Positions 20,168 through 31,450 of a stretch of DNA of 64,000 nt are shown here, in pieces; the stretch's first letter is position 1; the number at the start of each line of letters is the position of its first letter. The notes beneath the pieces are model-generated. The model ran no database searches. It was not told the DNA's origin and saw only the letters and a list, made by a program, of their open reading frames with translations. This stretch comes from Tetramitus jugosus. Lineage: Eukaryota > Protista > Heterolobosea. The position numbers and the translations under genes are program-made. Location: assembly GCA_937625935.1 (NCBI GenBank), contig OW569378.1, positions 186,001 through 250,000 on the forward strand, read 5' to 3'.

Positions 20168-21343
20168 ATGCAGTTCCTTGAGCGATTGTTTGATCACACC
20201 AAGAAGCACTCTTTGCTATGGGCCGGCACTTTGATCTCCCTTTCGGTTCCTGCACTTATCATGTGGTACTACAGAAACAAGAAGCAAAAGAAGGACACTG
20301 GACTAAAGATTGAAGAGATACTTGTCTATCCAGTCAAGTCATTCAAGGGAATGAGCGTAAATGTTTGGCCAATTGGCCCCAGAGGACTATTGTTTGATCG
20401 TCAATGGATGGTCATCCAGAAGAAGCCTGTGATGAGTGAGAAGGACAACTCTACTTTCAAGACGGATGCAGAGTACATGCTAATCTCTCAGAGACAACTG
20501 CCTAGAATGTCATTGATTGGTAGTACTGTAGATCTGGAGAATGGCACTCTGAAAATGTACACCCATGATCATGAACCATTATCCAAAGGTGTCACAGAAG
20601 ATGACAACGAGAATGTATACGTCATGAAATCAGAGTTCTATTCCAATGAGAGTCAATTCGATACTGTAAGTGTAGAACTATGGGGCAAAGAGTACTCCTT
20701 ATTGGACATGGGCGATCATGTGAGTGAGTGGTTGTGTCGTGTGTTGAACAAGGAGGGATTGAGGCTCTGTATGATGCCGCAGGATTTGGACCGAACACCA
20801 GATGATTATCACTACGATTACCTTGAAAGTGAGTATGGTGAACCTCCAGTTGTTCAAAACAACCTGAGTGATGATTTTCCGTTCCATCTGGCAACAATCA
20901 ACACATTGGACGCTCTTAATGAGCAATTGACTGAGAAGGTGGACATGATCCGATTTAGACCCAATTTCGTCGTTGGAAGAAATAGCAACTTGAAGCCATA
21001 CAGCGAGGAAACATGGAAGCGTATTGAGATTGTTCAGCCTGGATATGAGGACAGTAAAGAAATGAATCCAGCCAAAATTGTGCACATGTACAACGTGCAG
21101 GTGAAAACTCGTTGTACCATGCCAAATGTCAACCCTGAAACAGGAAAGAGAAGTGATTATGGTCCATTCCAAAAGCTAAGAGAGATTCACATGAATCCAG
21201 TGTACGATCAACCAATATTTGGTATCAACACTGTAAACACAGAGGCTGACATTGGTAAGAGTATCAAGACTGGCTCTACCATTAGAGTACTTGATTATCA
21301 TGCCAAGCCGATTGCTAAACTGCCTCCATCCCATCAGCAGTAA
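20168..21343 (+). CDS. MOSC-domain molybdoenzyme (mARC-like) with N-terminal membrane anchor
   Basis: YPVKS, DRQWMVI, ISQRQLPRM, DDFPFHL, RFRPN, RCTMPNVNPETG, PIFG; likely start ATG 20168. Confidence 0.85.
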   Translation: MQFLERLFDHTKKHSLLWAGTLISLSVPALIMWYYRNKKQKKDTGLKIEEILVYPVKSFKGMSVNVWPIGPRGLLFDRQWMVIQKKPVMSEKDNSTFKTDAEYMLISQRQLPRMSLIGSTVDLENGTLKMYTHDHEPLSKGVTEDDNENVYVMKSEFYSNESQFDTVSVELWGKEYSLLDMGDHVSEWLCRVLNKEGLRLCMMPQDLDRTPDDYHYDYLESEYGEPPVVQNNLSDDFPFHLATINTLDALNEQLTEKVDMIRFRPNFVVGRNSNLKPYSEETWKRIEIVQPGYEDSKEMNPAKIVHMYNVQVKTRCTMPNVNPETGKRSDYGPFQKLREIHMNPVYDQPIFGINTVNTEADIGKSIKTGSTIRVLDYHAKPIAKLPPSHQQ

Positions 21344-21850
21344 GCACTTGGAGAAGCAATTCTTTCGTAAACGCGATTCGCTCGAACAAAAACCACAGCA
21401 AATTTTTTCGCGTTACCCTATGGAACATAAACGCGCTAACATTCGCGATGTCGTTGTTTATGATATGATTCAAACTTAATACAGCGCTATGTAATCGTCT
21501 GACATTTGGATGACGAATAACATGATTGGGTAATTATGATCAATCAACTAGTTTTAAGTTTGAGGATTCTCACGCCTAAACCGAAACCGGCGCAGAAAAA
21601 TAGTTCATTCCTTTTTGTCCAAAAGGGAACAATGTGGACTTGGCAATAGGTCAATTTTAGTCGTCCTACAATTTCACTCGACAATTGTAGGATCCATACG
21701 CGTGCATACTTCAAGAATTCCCAGCATTCACAATTGGACTCTCGCATATCCACACTGATCATTTCACCAGTCAAGCAATTTGACAAACGAAAACAACAAC
21801 AAACGGTATACTCTCACCCTTGTTAACTGATTCCCACAAAAGGCATAACC

Positions 21851-22561
21851 ATGTACCTCTATTCTGAACATGAGCTCGAAAACAAAATTGAACGCAACAT
21901 GAATCGTTTCAAGTCAAGAGTCAGTCAACCCGACAATGTGCATTCCTTGGGATCCAACACTTCTAAAACTAGATCTAAGTCTGTCCACAGTGGACGCCAA
22001 AAGTTGTGTGAATCAAATGCAATGCGAAATGAGCAGAGGTACATCAAGAATAGCTCCACGTACTTGAAACCACAGGACCAAGTGCTCATTGTGGTACCAG
22101 AAGAAATGGAAATTGTAGGAGATGTAGCTCCTCATCTCAACTACAAGAGAGGTGTTGTTGTATCAATCCACGAGGGGGAGGAAGAAGTGTTGGTTGAGTT
22201 GTTGGACGAAGGCAATGACCAGCAACAACAACAAGGATCAAACAAGGACAACCACGATCTCATCATCTATGGCATGGCACATGGAAACTCCTTCTTTCAT
22301 TCGCACTACAGCAGACGAAACATTACACAATTGGATGAGCTAACAGTCAAACAGCGTGTCATGCTCCCTGTTTTCTGTTTGTGCATGTTGGAGGACACTG
22401 TCAAGCAAAGAAGAGAGGAACTCTCTCAGCATGTGGTACCGCCAACAGAAGAGAAGTGTGAAAAGCTTGACATAGCTTCCACTCATACAAACCGTCAATT
22501 AAAGCAACAGTACGGCATGATGATGGCTCATGACATTTGTCTCAGCAAACGAGATTTGTAA
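21851..22561 (+). CDS. Hypothetical protein, possible KOW/SH3-like barrel
   Basis: 236-aa ATG-initiated ORF; DQVLIV...KRGVVVSI...VLVEL pattern. Confidence 0.55.
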   Translation: MYLYSEHELENKIERNMNRFKSRVSQPDNVHSLGSNTSKTRSKSVHSGRQKLCESNAMRNEQRYIKNSSTYLKPQDQVLIVVPEEMEIVGDVAPHLNYKRGVVVSIHEGEEEVLVELLDEGNDQQQQQGSNKDNHDLIIYGMAHGNSFFHSHYSRRNITQLDELTVKQRVMLPVFCLCMLEDTVKQRREELSQHVVPPTEEKCEKLDIASTHTNRQLKQQYGMMMAHDICLSKRDL

Positions 22562-22735
22562 TTGTGGTTGATTCGACCACAATTACGAATCGATGCCATA
22601 TTGTGTTTTCCCTTCTGCTTGAAACAAAACTTTTGGCGCCAAGATGTCGCACATTCTTTCGTTGTTTTCTTCTTCTTGGAACAAATTGAACTCACAACCT
22701 GCACAGTAAGCAAGAAGAGAGTCATTACCAACAAC

Positions 22736-24503
22736 ATGTCATTATTCGTGAATCAGAGAATCCAAATCGTGCACGGACCTCATAACAGAGGTACCGTTCG
22801 ATACATTGGTCCCGTACCAGGTCAACCATCTCACCAACAGTGGGTAGGTGTTGAATGGGACGATGAAACAAAGGGAAAGCATAATGGCACTGTGAATCAA
22901 ACAATGCAATTGTTTTCTACGTTTCAAAACAGAAACAGTGCCTCTTTTGTCAAACTGGATAAACTCTTGCAAGCAATCTCAACACAAGGAGCGAATGATG
23001 AGACAGAACAGTGTTCTGTCATGAATCATGTTTCATTAACAGATGCGATTCAACAGAGATATGTGAATGCACCAAATGAGAAGCTTATAGAGCTCACATT
23101 AGGCAAGAGTATGAGAGTGGAAATTGTGGGAGCAGACAAAATAGCGAGCAAGATGGCTCAGGTGAGTACATTGGAGAAAATGGGACTTCCAAGTTGTAAA
23201 ATTTCAAGTGTCGATGGCATTGGAGAGTTGTGTCCTAGTATGTGTTGTTATTGATTGAATTAGTGAACTTATGTTTGTAATTAATTGTGTCATATCTCTG
23301 TTACTAATGGTGTTGCTAGATTTGAGAGAGTTGGATCTGAGTGGAAATTTACTCTATCATATCGATCAAGTATGCTTGTTGCTATCGCAGTTATCCGTGT
23401 TGAAGTTTTTGAATCTATCTCAAAACATTGTTTCCTTTGATAGTCAACAACATGGTAGCAATCTACCCAAGTTTGAACAACTAGAAACTCTAGTTTGGAA
23501 TTTTGGACATTTATCGTGGTCAAACATCGAGACCTTGTTGGTCATGTTTCCGAATTTGCAAGAATTGCATGTAAGAGACAACTCATTATCTGCAATCAGA
23601 GTGGATAAAGTAGAACTATGGCGCAATATTTCCTTCTTAAATCTAGCTGGCAATCGAATCTCAGATTGGAGTCACGTACAAAAGCTATCTCAATTGCCAT
23701 CATTGACAAAGTTGCAGCTCTCTAAGAATCAAATACAACAAATCCCTGATATTTCAGGCTTCGAACAGCTCGAAAGTCTATCTATCAACGACAACGCTAT
23801 ATTTGACTGGCAATCGATCTTTGTGTTGACCAAACTACCCAAATTGACTGAACTTCGGATCGACAACAATACAATTGCTGAAAAATATGGCGCCGTACTG
23901 ACTAGAACATATGCACTCGCAATGCTATCAAACGTCGAGTTGTTGAATGGATCCGAAGCAAGACGAAAAGAGAAGGACGAAGCCGAGAAATACTTTGCTA
24001 AATTCTTTAATGAGAATATGAAGAACGACCCAGTGCTGAGTCTTGACATTTTCCAACAACACCTGAAGCTTCTTATGAACAAGTGGGGCATAAGCACAGA
24101 AGAAACAAAGTCTCAACCACTACCAAAGAAAAACATTGTAGAGATTACAATTCGAAACTCTCTCGCAACAGAGGAAGACAAGAATGAAGTCAAAAAGAAG
24201 ATACCGGTGAATATGACAGTCCACAAGCTCAAGCAACTATGTGCCAGGCTGTTCAAAATTGACATTGAAACGATCCAATTGTCTTACAAGCACCCCGAAG
24301 CGAGCACATCAGAGAATCTCAAAGAAGACTATGATCAAGTCTCGTTTTACGGTATTGAGTGTGACGGCGGTGAAGTGACGATTGAATCAGTAGACACTGC
24401 AAAGGAAGAACGTATCAAGAGGGAAGAAGAGAAAAGGGCACAAGACAACATGACTCAAATGCAAAGAGACATTGAACAACAAATGGCTTGGCGTCACTTG
24501 TGA
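22736..24503 (+). CDS. TBCE: Tubulin-specific chaperone E (CAP-Gly + LRR + ubiquitin-like), 2 exons
   Basis: Exons 22736-23237 and 23320-24503 (intron GTATGT..TAG gives CPNLRELDLSGN); GTVRYIG...WVGVEWD...GKHNG CAP-Gly; LRRs; C-terminal UBL (KKIP.NMTV.KLK.L..RLF). Confidence 0.9.
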
Positions 24504-24682
24504 TTTCTTGCATTGGGATGTCGTGCAATTTTTTTCGGGGTAACAATCACTTCGATGAGCGCTCAACATTGAAACTTCAACTTGTGTTTGGTTGACTGTC
24601 TGGTTGAGCGTACTGAAAAAATCCCCAAAACACAAAAATCGAGCAAAACAAACTCAAACAATAAGTCAGAACATATATCAAC

Positions 24683-25478
24683 ATGGGTACGTTATAATCG
24701 AAAAAAATTTATATGCTCAGCGAAATGTGTTGCAATGTATTGTCTTCCGTCTTTGATCCAAACTAGCTCTTCTTCACAATTCACGACAAATCACACTATC
24801 CTTCATCGTGCACACAACAAATTGAGCCATTTATCTTGTAGACGTTCATTATTAACATGATTTCAATCAATAGGAATTACCAGAAGTAACTTGCACAAGA
24901 GAAGAGCAACCGGTGCTAAGAGAAAGATCCACAGAAAGAAGAGAAAGCACGAGTTGGGCAGACAATCCTCCAACACCAAGCTTGGTGAGCAAAGAATCAG
25001 ACTTGTCAGAGTTAGAGGAGGTAACTACAAGGTCAGAGGTCTCAGACTGAACCAAGGTAACTTCGCCTGGGGATCTGAGGGTCTTTCCCACAGAACCAGA
25101 ATTTTGGATGTCGTGTACAATGCATCCAACAACGAGTTGGTCAGAACCAAGACTATTGTCAAGGGTGCTATCGTCACTGTTGATGCTACTCCATTCAAGT
25201 CATGGTACGAACAAAGATACCACGAAAACTTGTCCAAGACCAAGTCCGAGCAAATGGGTAAGGAACCAAATGAGAAGAGAATGAAGAAGATTGAGAAGAG
25301 AAGAGAAGGTCACGAAATCGATCAATTGTTGAAGGAACAATTCTTGACTGGTAAGCTCTTGGCTCACATCTCCTCCAGACCAGGTCAAGTTGGTCGTGCT
25401 GACGGATACGTTCTTGAAGGTCCAGAACTTGCTTTCTACTTGCGTAAGCTCGCTGCCAAGAAGTCCAAGGCAAAGTAA
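24683..25478 (+). CDS. RPS8: 40S ribosomal protein S8 (eS8), 2 exons
   Basis: Exon 1 ATGG 24683-24686, intron 24687-24873 GTACGT..TAG, joined [15 protein letters not shown]; [35 protein letters not shown]. Confidence 0.97.
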
Positions 25479-25656
25479 ACTTCTTTCCATAAATGATTAC
25501 TTCATAATTTCATTAGTGTGAAACAATGATTGTTTTGTTCATGATAATAAACTATCGATTTTTGAAAACTCAGGATTAACAAGTGGTGGTGTTTAACGTG
25601 GTTACTCCATCCTTGGTGATCGATCCTTCTGTTCACCATTTTTATGGATGTTCAAG

Positions 25657-25684
25657 AAAAATTTTCACACAAGAAAAAATTTTC
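25657..25684 (+). promoter_or_regulatory. RRPE-like elements (AAAAATTTTCAC; AAAAAATTTTC) upstream of NOC2
   Basis: The same 12-mer occurs upstream of UTP7 (37940-37951); matches the yeast RRPE consensus AAAWTTTT(CA). Confidence 0.45.
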
Positions 25685-25784
25685 GTTCTCTCCCAAGGCC
25701 AAACAACATCAAACAGCACCATTCCCAAAAAACAACACACAACCACCACACAAAAATCACCACCACAACAACAAAAACAACAAA

Positions 25785-28250
25785 ATGGTTGCAAAACAAA
25801 CAAAGGCAGCAAAGAACTACAAGAGAAACAAGAGACTTGTATCTAGCGACATCAAATCACGTAAAGTCTTGCAACAGCGCAACCGTCAAGAATCCATCAA
25901 GAACAAGAAGCTCTTGGAAGAAGAAACACCTGACACTGAACAACAAGAAGAATTAAGTGAACAACGTATGTCTTGCAATCATTTTATCCACCATCATCAC
26001 TTCTCGACAAGTCAACAAAAACTCACTCTTTTTTTTTCACACAACAATTATCATTGATTTGATGCATTACACACGTACACACACAAAAAAAAACAAATCA
26101 CAGGATATTTGAGACAATCCAGCAAATCCAAATCATCTTCCTCAACAACCATCTCTGGAGGTATCTCCAGTAGTGATGTCACCGCATTCCTCAACAACTT
26201 GAAAAAAAACAATGTTGACGGTGAAGACATGGACGATGAAGACATTCAAAAAATGATTAATGAGATGGGTGATGACAGTGATGACGACCCTGATATTTTG
26301 GACATGACTGGTGCAACCGAAGTCAGAAGAAAATCCGCACCTGTTGATGACAGTGATGATGAAGGTGAAGAAGAACAAGAACAAGATGAAGAATCAGAAG
26401 AAGAGGACGAACAAAGTGCTACTACTACTACTGCAGGTGGTGATGACAGTGATGATGAAGAAGACTTTGAAACCTTGTTGAAGAAGCAGGTGGAAGAAGA
26501 CGAACAAAAGAGTGCCAACATTGATCCAAACAAGAAGATTGTGACGAGAGAACTCATCTCCTCATGGATCTATCAAATGAGCTCCACTGACAATGCACTA
26601 CACGGTGCCAAACAGTTGATTCTCGGATTTTTGAGTGCAGTCAACAAGAGTGGAAAGGAAGACCTCGTTGTTCCCTATCAAATCCTCAACAATAACGTTT
26701 ATCAACGTGTTGTGATTGCTGCGACTCACTACATTTCAAAGGTCATGAACAAGGTGTTGAACATCAAGGAAGACTCTGTTCAAGTACCAAAGAGAACATC
26801 CAAGGCATGGAAAAAGGTTCATACATCGATTGACATTTATATGAAGGGACTGTGTATGCTGTTGGATGATTTGACCGATGAGAAATTGTTGGAGTATGTG
26901 ATGAAGGATCTGTTGTCATCGATTCACTTGTTTGGCAACTTCCCAAAGAAGGTGACTCGATTGTTCCACTGCTTGTTGAATCTGTTGAATCATGAGAAGG
27001 AAACGATACGGTTCTCTGCCTTTTTGAACATTCACAAGATGGCTACACTGTATCCTTATCCATTCATCTCCACATGCATCAAGGGTGTTTACTTTACCAT
27101 GATGGAGAAGTCGAGTCAATTCCGTGCTTACAACCATGTCCCAATCGAATTTATGAAGAATTGCGTCGTTGAGTTGTGCGGTATTGATCTCTCCGTGTCC
27201 TACAAGTACGCTTTCATGAGTTTGAGAGAGTTGGCCATTCAGTTGAGAGGTGCCTATGACAGCAAGCCACACGCCTATCTCAAGTGCTACAATTGGACAT
27301 TCTTGAACAGTGTTCACGTCTGGGTCAAGGTCCTATCTGCTTATCAGAAGCAAGAAGAACTCAGAGACTTGATTTATCCATTGGTTCAGATTATCACTGG
27401 ATGCATCACTGCCAACACCACATACAAGTACTTTAATGCTAGACTCAAGTGTTTGTCAATGATGAACGAATTGATGCAGAACATAACTGATCCAAAGCTC
27501 TACATTCCATTGTTGCCTCACATATTCGGTATTTTCAATTCTGACATTGGTCAAAAGACTCACAGAAAGTATCACACTGGTGATGCGTTGGATGTTGACT
27601 TCAAGCTCAGAATGAGAACATCTCAAGCCATTACTGTTGAATATCAAAGACACGTTTTGGAATCAGCACTGTACTACATGATTGAATTCTTTGCATTGAA
27701 CAGTCGTAGTATCGCATTCCCAGAGTTGTCCTATCCTGCAGAACGGTTCTTGTCCAGCTGGTGCAACAACTCGAGAGTTGAACCAAGTTTCAAGAGAAAG
27801 GTCAAGGTTCTCATCACCGAGTTGAAGAAGAATGCTGATTTAGTGATGGACAATAGATCCAAGGTAACATTCTCTCCTCTAGACACTACTCAATCTCAAG
27901 CCTTTATGAACAAGGAATCTTATACTAAGGTCACACCTTTGGAGAAGCTCTATGAATTTGAGAAGAAGATTAGAGATACAGAAATTGTTGAGAGAATTCA
28001 AGCTAGACTGGGCAAGGGCGTTGATATCGATGCTGAAAATGCAAGCGATGACGAGTCCGACGATGAAGAGATGACCGCTGCTGAAAAGGACGAGATGGCA
28101 AATCCTTTGCCAGAAAAGTCCAACAAGAGAAAGAGAGAAAAGGCAACAGAGGTGAAGAAGGAAGCACCAGCTAAGAAAAAGAAGGTGTCAAAGAAGGCAG
28201 CTCAAAAGAATGGAGATGTTGTTCAAGAGTTGGATCTTGACGATTTCTAA
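25785..28250 (+). CDS. NOC2: Nucleolar complex protein 2, 2 exons
   Basis: Exons 25785-25965 and 26104-28250 (intron GTATGT..CAG); acidic N-terminus; FMKNCVVEL, YKYAF..LRELAIQLR, YNW.F, LIYPLVQI, SIAFPEL. Confidence 0.9.
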
Positions 28251-28283
28251 AAACGAAGTTTTATAATAAATAATCCTGAAAAT

Positions 28284-29702
28284 TTATTCATCATCCAAAT
28301 CTGTTAGCAATTGCAGCGTTGGTTCTCGTACCGTGTTAGTACTTGTTCTTACAACCAATGGTTCGATTGTCGATTGGTTAATGTTATGTGTGTGGAGGGT
28401 GGCTTTGAGGTTTGACAGCAGCTGTAACAAGTCTTCTCGGTCATCACATACAATATGAAGATTGGCCACACATTGAGTCCCAGACAATTCCCATATCTTC
28501 AATTCCTTAATGTCCATCACGCCATCTGTCTCCAAGATTTCATACTTCAAACGAGGCAGATCGATTCTGCTTGGAGTCGCCTGAAGCAACATGATGATGC
28601 ACTTCTTTACAATCGGCAATGTTCCAACCAAAATAATAACAGCCATGAACAAGCTGCACAGAGGGTCAATATATTTCGTCCACGGATACACATCTTTGTT
28701 ATTGTATCGAATGAGAAGAGAGGACGATACAATGACACCGACGCTGCCCAGAAAGTCTCCCAACATGTGCATGAACACAGCAGTCATATTCATATTGTCA
28801 TGGCTGTGATTATGGTGATGTCCGTGACTACAACCATCTCCATGACCACCTTCATCTCCATGCACATGAAAGTGCCCTCCAAACAATATGAGTCCAAACA
28901 AATTCACCAGAAGACCAATGATGCCTACACCTAGGACTGTCCAAGGTTGATTCACCTCTTTTGACTCCAGAAACAGTCCTTCTAGAGCTTCCAGAGAAAT
29001 AAACAAACAAGCACTCAATAGAAAGACGCTGTTCACGAGCCCACCAATCAAACCAGACTTGGCATAACCGAATGGATATTGTTCACTCTTGGGTCTCGCA
29101 GAAAGACGAATAGCTACCATAGCAATCAACAGAGCCATGACATCACTAAACAAGTGGAAAGCATCAGACAACAGAGTCAACGAATGGTAAATGTATCCGA
29201 CAGTAATCTCCGCAATAAAAACCGCGGAAATCATTACAACCATGAGTGAAAGCTTGAAATAGTCTGTGTGATCCGATGACGCCGTAGACGGCAGATGCGC
29301 GCCTTTCACGTTTGAGCTCACGTGTTTGCTTGAACTTTTGGTATGAGTACAGGATGAACCATGATGATGATGGTGGTGGTCACTGTGGTCGTGCTCATGG
29401 TGCTCATGATTACAGCTACTGTGGTCACTGTGGTTATGCTTCTTTTTCTTCTTGTTGTGATGATGGCCACCATCTTTGTGTTTCATCACTTCAACATGAG
29501 CAGAGTGAAAATGGTTGTGCTCAGCTTCCAGTTCAAAGTAATCAAAGTGCTGTTGGTGGTCATCGGCATCGTGTCGATGGTGCTCTTCATTGGAGAAGGG
29601 AGAGGAGAGAGCAACGGCAGGAGGAACAACGATTGTTGTGGGCGTATTGTAATAAAACAAGTCATCCGAAAAATCTGGACGACTTTTGTTGGTGTTGTTC
29701 AT
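28284..29702 (-). CDS. Cation diffusion facilitator zinc transporter (ZnT1/Zrc1-like) with His-rich N-terminus
   Basis: SLTLLSDAFHLFSD (HxxxD), NM.AVFMHMLGD (HxxxD), His-rich TM4-5 loop, IDPLCS; first ATG 29702. Confidence 0.9.
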   Translation of the reverse strand: MNNTNKSRPDFSDDLFYYNTPTTIVVPPAVALSSPFSNEEHHRHDADDHQQHFDYFELEAEHNHFHSAHVEVMKHKDGGHHHNKKKKKHNHSDHSSCNHEHHEHDHSDHHHHHHGSSCTHTKSSSKHVSSNVKGAHLPSTASSDHTDYFKLSLMVVMISAVFIAEITVGYIYHSLTLLSDAFHLFSDVMALLIAMVAIRLSARPKSEQYPFGYAKSGLIGGLVNSVFLLSACLFISLEALEGLFLESKEVNQPWTVLGVGIIGLLVNLFGLILFGGHFHVHGDEGGHGDGCSHGHHHNHSHDNMNMTAVFMHMLGDFLGSVGVIVSSSLLIRYNNKDVYPWTKYIDPLCSLFMAVIILVGTLPIVKKCIIMLLQATPSRIDLPRLKYEILETDGVMDIKELKIWELSGTQCVANLHIVCDDREDLLQLLSNLKATLHTHNINQSTIEPLVVRTSTNTVREPTLQLLTDLDDE

Positions 29703-29924
29703 TTTCAATTGTTCTTCTCTCTGTTTCTCCTTCTGTCTGCCAGTGGGGGAAATAGAGCAGCCGAGCTGGCGAAACTAAGAAGGGAAAGAGAGCCGTGAAT
29801 GAGTTGGGGAAGAAAGAAACGATAGCACATAGAGGAGCAAAGTTTTGTAATAAAACAAGTCCGAATTCAGGACCGTCTAATTAGCAGCACAACAGCGAGG
29901 CCAATTTGAGATTCTAAACTTATA

Positions 29925-31178
29925 TTAGGCAGTAAATGCCTTGTTGTACAGAGATTGTTGTTGTTTGACAGATTCCAGGGCAGCGACAATGTTGCCAGAT
30001 GTGTCTCCTTGAACGAGAATGTGACCACGAGAGGCGCCATCACTCATCAACTTCTTCCATATCTGAACTCTGTTCTCTTGCAAAGTGAATTCTCTCTTTG
30101 TCTTCATCTTTGAAGAGACATTCTTTTCCGCTTTACCCAAGATTTCAGTGCCCTTGGCATCGCATTGACTCACAAGTAGTCTTGTTCCTGATCGAACCTT
30201 CTCATTATGAGCCAATTGATCAGCGTTGACTTGATCGGCCAAGGCTTGAGACTTGGCTCTCAACTCAGTGAGTAGCGACGACTTTTGAGATTGGTATTGT
30301 GCAGCGTGCTTCTTTGCTTCTTCGTGAATGTTCTGAACGACACGATTCTGTTCAGCTTGAATCTCAGCCAATAGCTTGTCTCTTCGCGCATAAATTTCAT
30401 CAATTTCCTTTGCAATGTTGGCTCTCTTGGTGATTTCCTCTTGTTCATATGCCAACTCCTTGTTCTTCATTTCCAATTGTCTCTGACTCAGATACTCCTT
30501 GTTCTTGAGCACTGTCATCTCAAACTCCTGTTTTCTCTTTTGTAAACTATTCTTGCTCTGATACACAGTTTCTTGTTCCAATCTCTGTTGGATATCAGCT
30601 CTCAGCTTGACATCAGTAATCATCACATCGGTCACTTCGACTCCAAAGTCATGAAACTTGAGATCCATAGTCTTTGTAATCGTTGACTCATCATATCTCA
30701 CCAGATCATAAATGTCTTGATGGTTCGTTGACCGTGCCAAATTTCTCACAGCTTCCTCCTGAGCTGCCTTTAGCAAATCTCCCAATTTTTCAGCACTCAA
30801 ATTATCAATAAACTTTTTGGCATCATAGATACGAAACACGAGAAAGACATCAATACCCACCATGGAATTATCCTTTGTGGGACAGTCCTTGCAAGGTGTA
30901 TCAAACACTGTAAACTGCGGAGTAACTACATATTTTACATAACTCCAAGGCGCCAAAAAATGAAATCCCGGTAACATGGGTTTCTCGTCAATTACACCTT
31001 GAACACTGCAGAATGCGTCAACACCATCTGGAATGGATACCCATGGGAATCCTGCATTGGTAGGCGTGGCAACAATTGGCAACACTCTCTTGCCGTTCGA
31101 AAAACGAACTTCTCCAAAAGCTCTCAGGGCATCATGCACAGTGGTTACACTGATACTACTAAGTTCGATTCCTTCCAT
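29925..31178 (-). CDS. SPFH/Band-7 domain protein with long coiled coil
   Basis: PGFHFLAPW, CPTKDN.MV.ID, FGVEVTDVMITDV, Q/E/K/A-rich C-terminal coiled coil. Confidence 0.8.
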   Translation of the reverse strand: MEGIELSSISVTTVHDALRAFGEVRFSNGKRVLPIVATPTNAGFPWVSIPDGVDAFCSVQGVIDEKPMLPGFHFLAPWSYVKYVVTPQFTVFDTPCKDCPTKDNSMVGIDVFLVFRIYDAKKFIDNLSAEKLGDLLKAAQEEAVRNLARSTNHQDIYDLVRYDESTITKTMDLKFHDFGVEVTDVMITDVKLRADIQQRLEQETVYQSKNSLQKRKQEFEMTVLKNKEYLSQRQLEMKNKELAYEQEEITKRANIAKEIDEIYARRDKLLAEIQAEQNRVVQNIHEEAKKHAAQYQSQKSSLLTELRAKSQALADQVNADQLAHNEKVRSGTRLLVSQCDAKGTEILGKAEKNVSSKMKTKREFTLQENRVQIWKKLMSDGASRGHILVQGDTSGNIVAALESVKQQQSLYNKAFTA

Positions 31179-31450
31179 GTTATCTTTTTATGAGCTATTG
31201 ATTTGAATTCCTCCAGGTGGTTGTTTCGAAAGTTGTTTGTCGTTGTTTGTCGTGTTGATTTTCTTTTGTGGTATCCCCGATGCGAACTTCGCAGGGTTTC
31301 TTCCAAGAAACAGTTAGAATGGAGGAGAAATAGTGACCGGTGTAATCATGGCGGAGTGAAACTCTCCCGCCAAGAATTGGCGCTCTTTTCTGGCCATTCG
31401 AAAAAACAAATTGCTTCCTCATTCAACATCCAAAGTTGTGTCATTGAATC

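Noticed and set aside
24687-24873. RPS8 intron as a snoRNA host
   Set aside because: No convincing box C (RUGAUGA)/box D (CUGA) pair or H/ACA layout seen
25606-25650. Imperfect hairpin (CATCC-TGGTGA...TCACCA-GGATG) between RPS8 and NOC2
   Set aside because: Short and bulged, with no ncRNA boxes; compatible with chance
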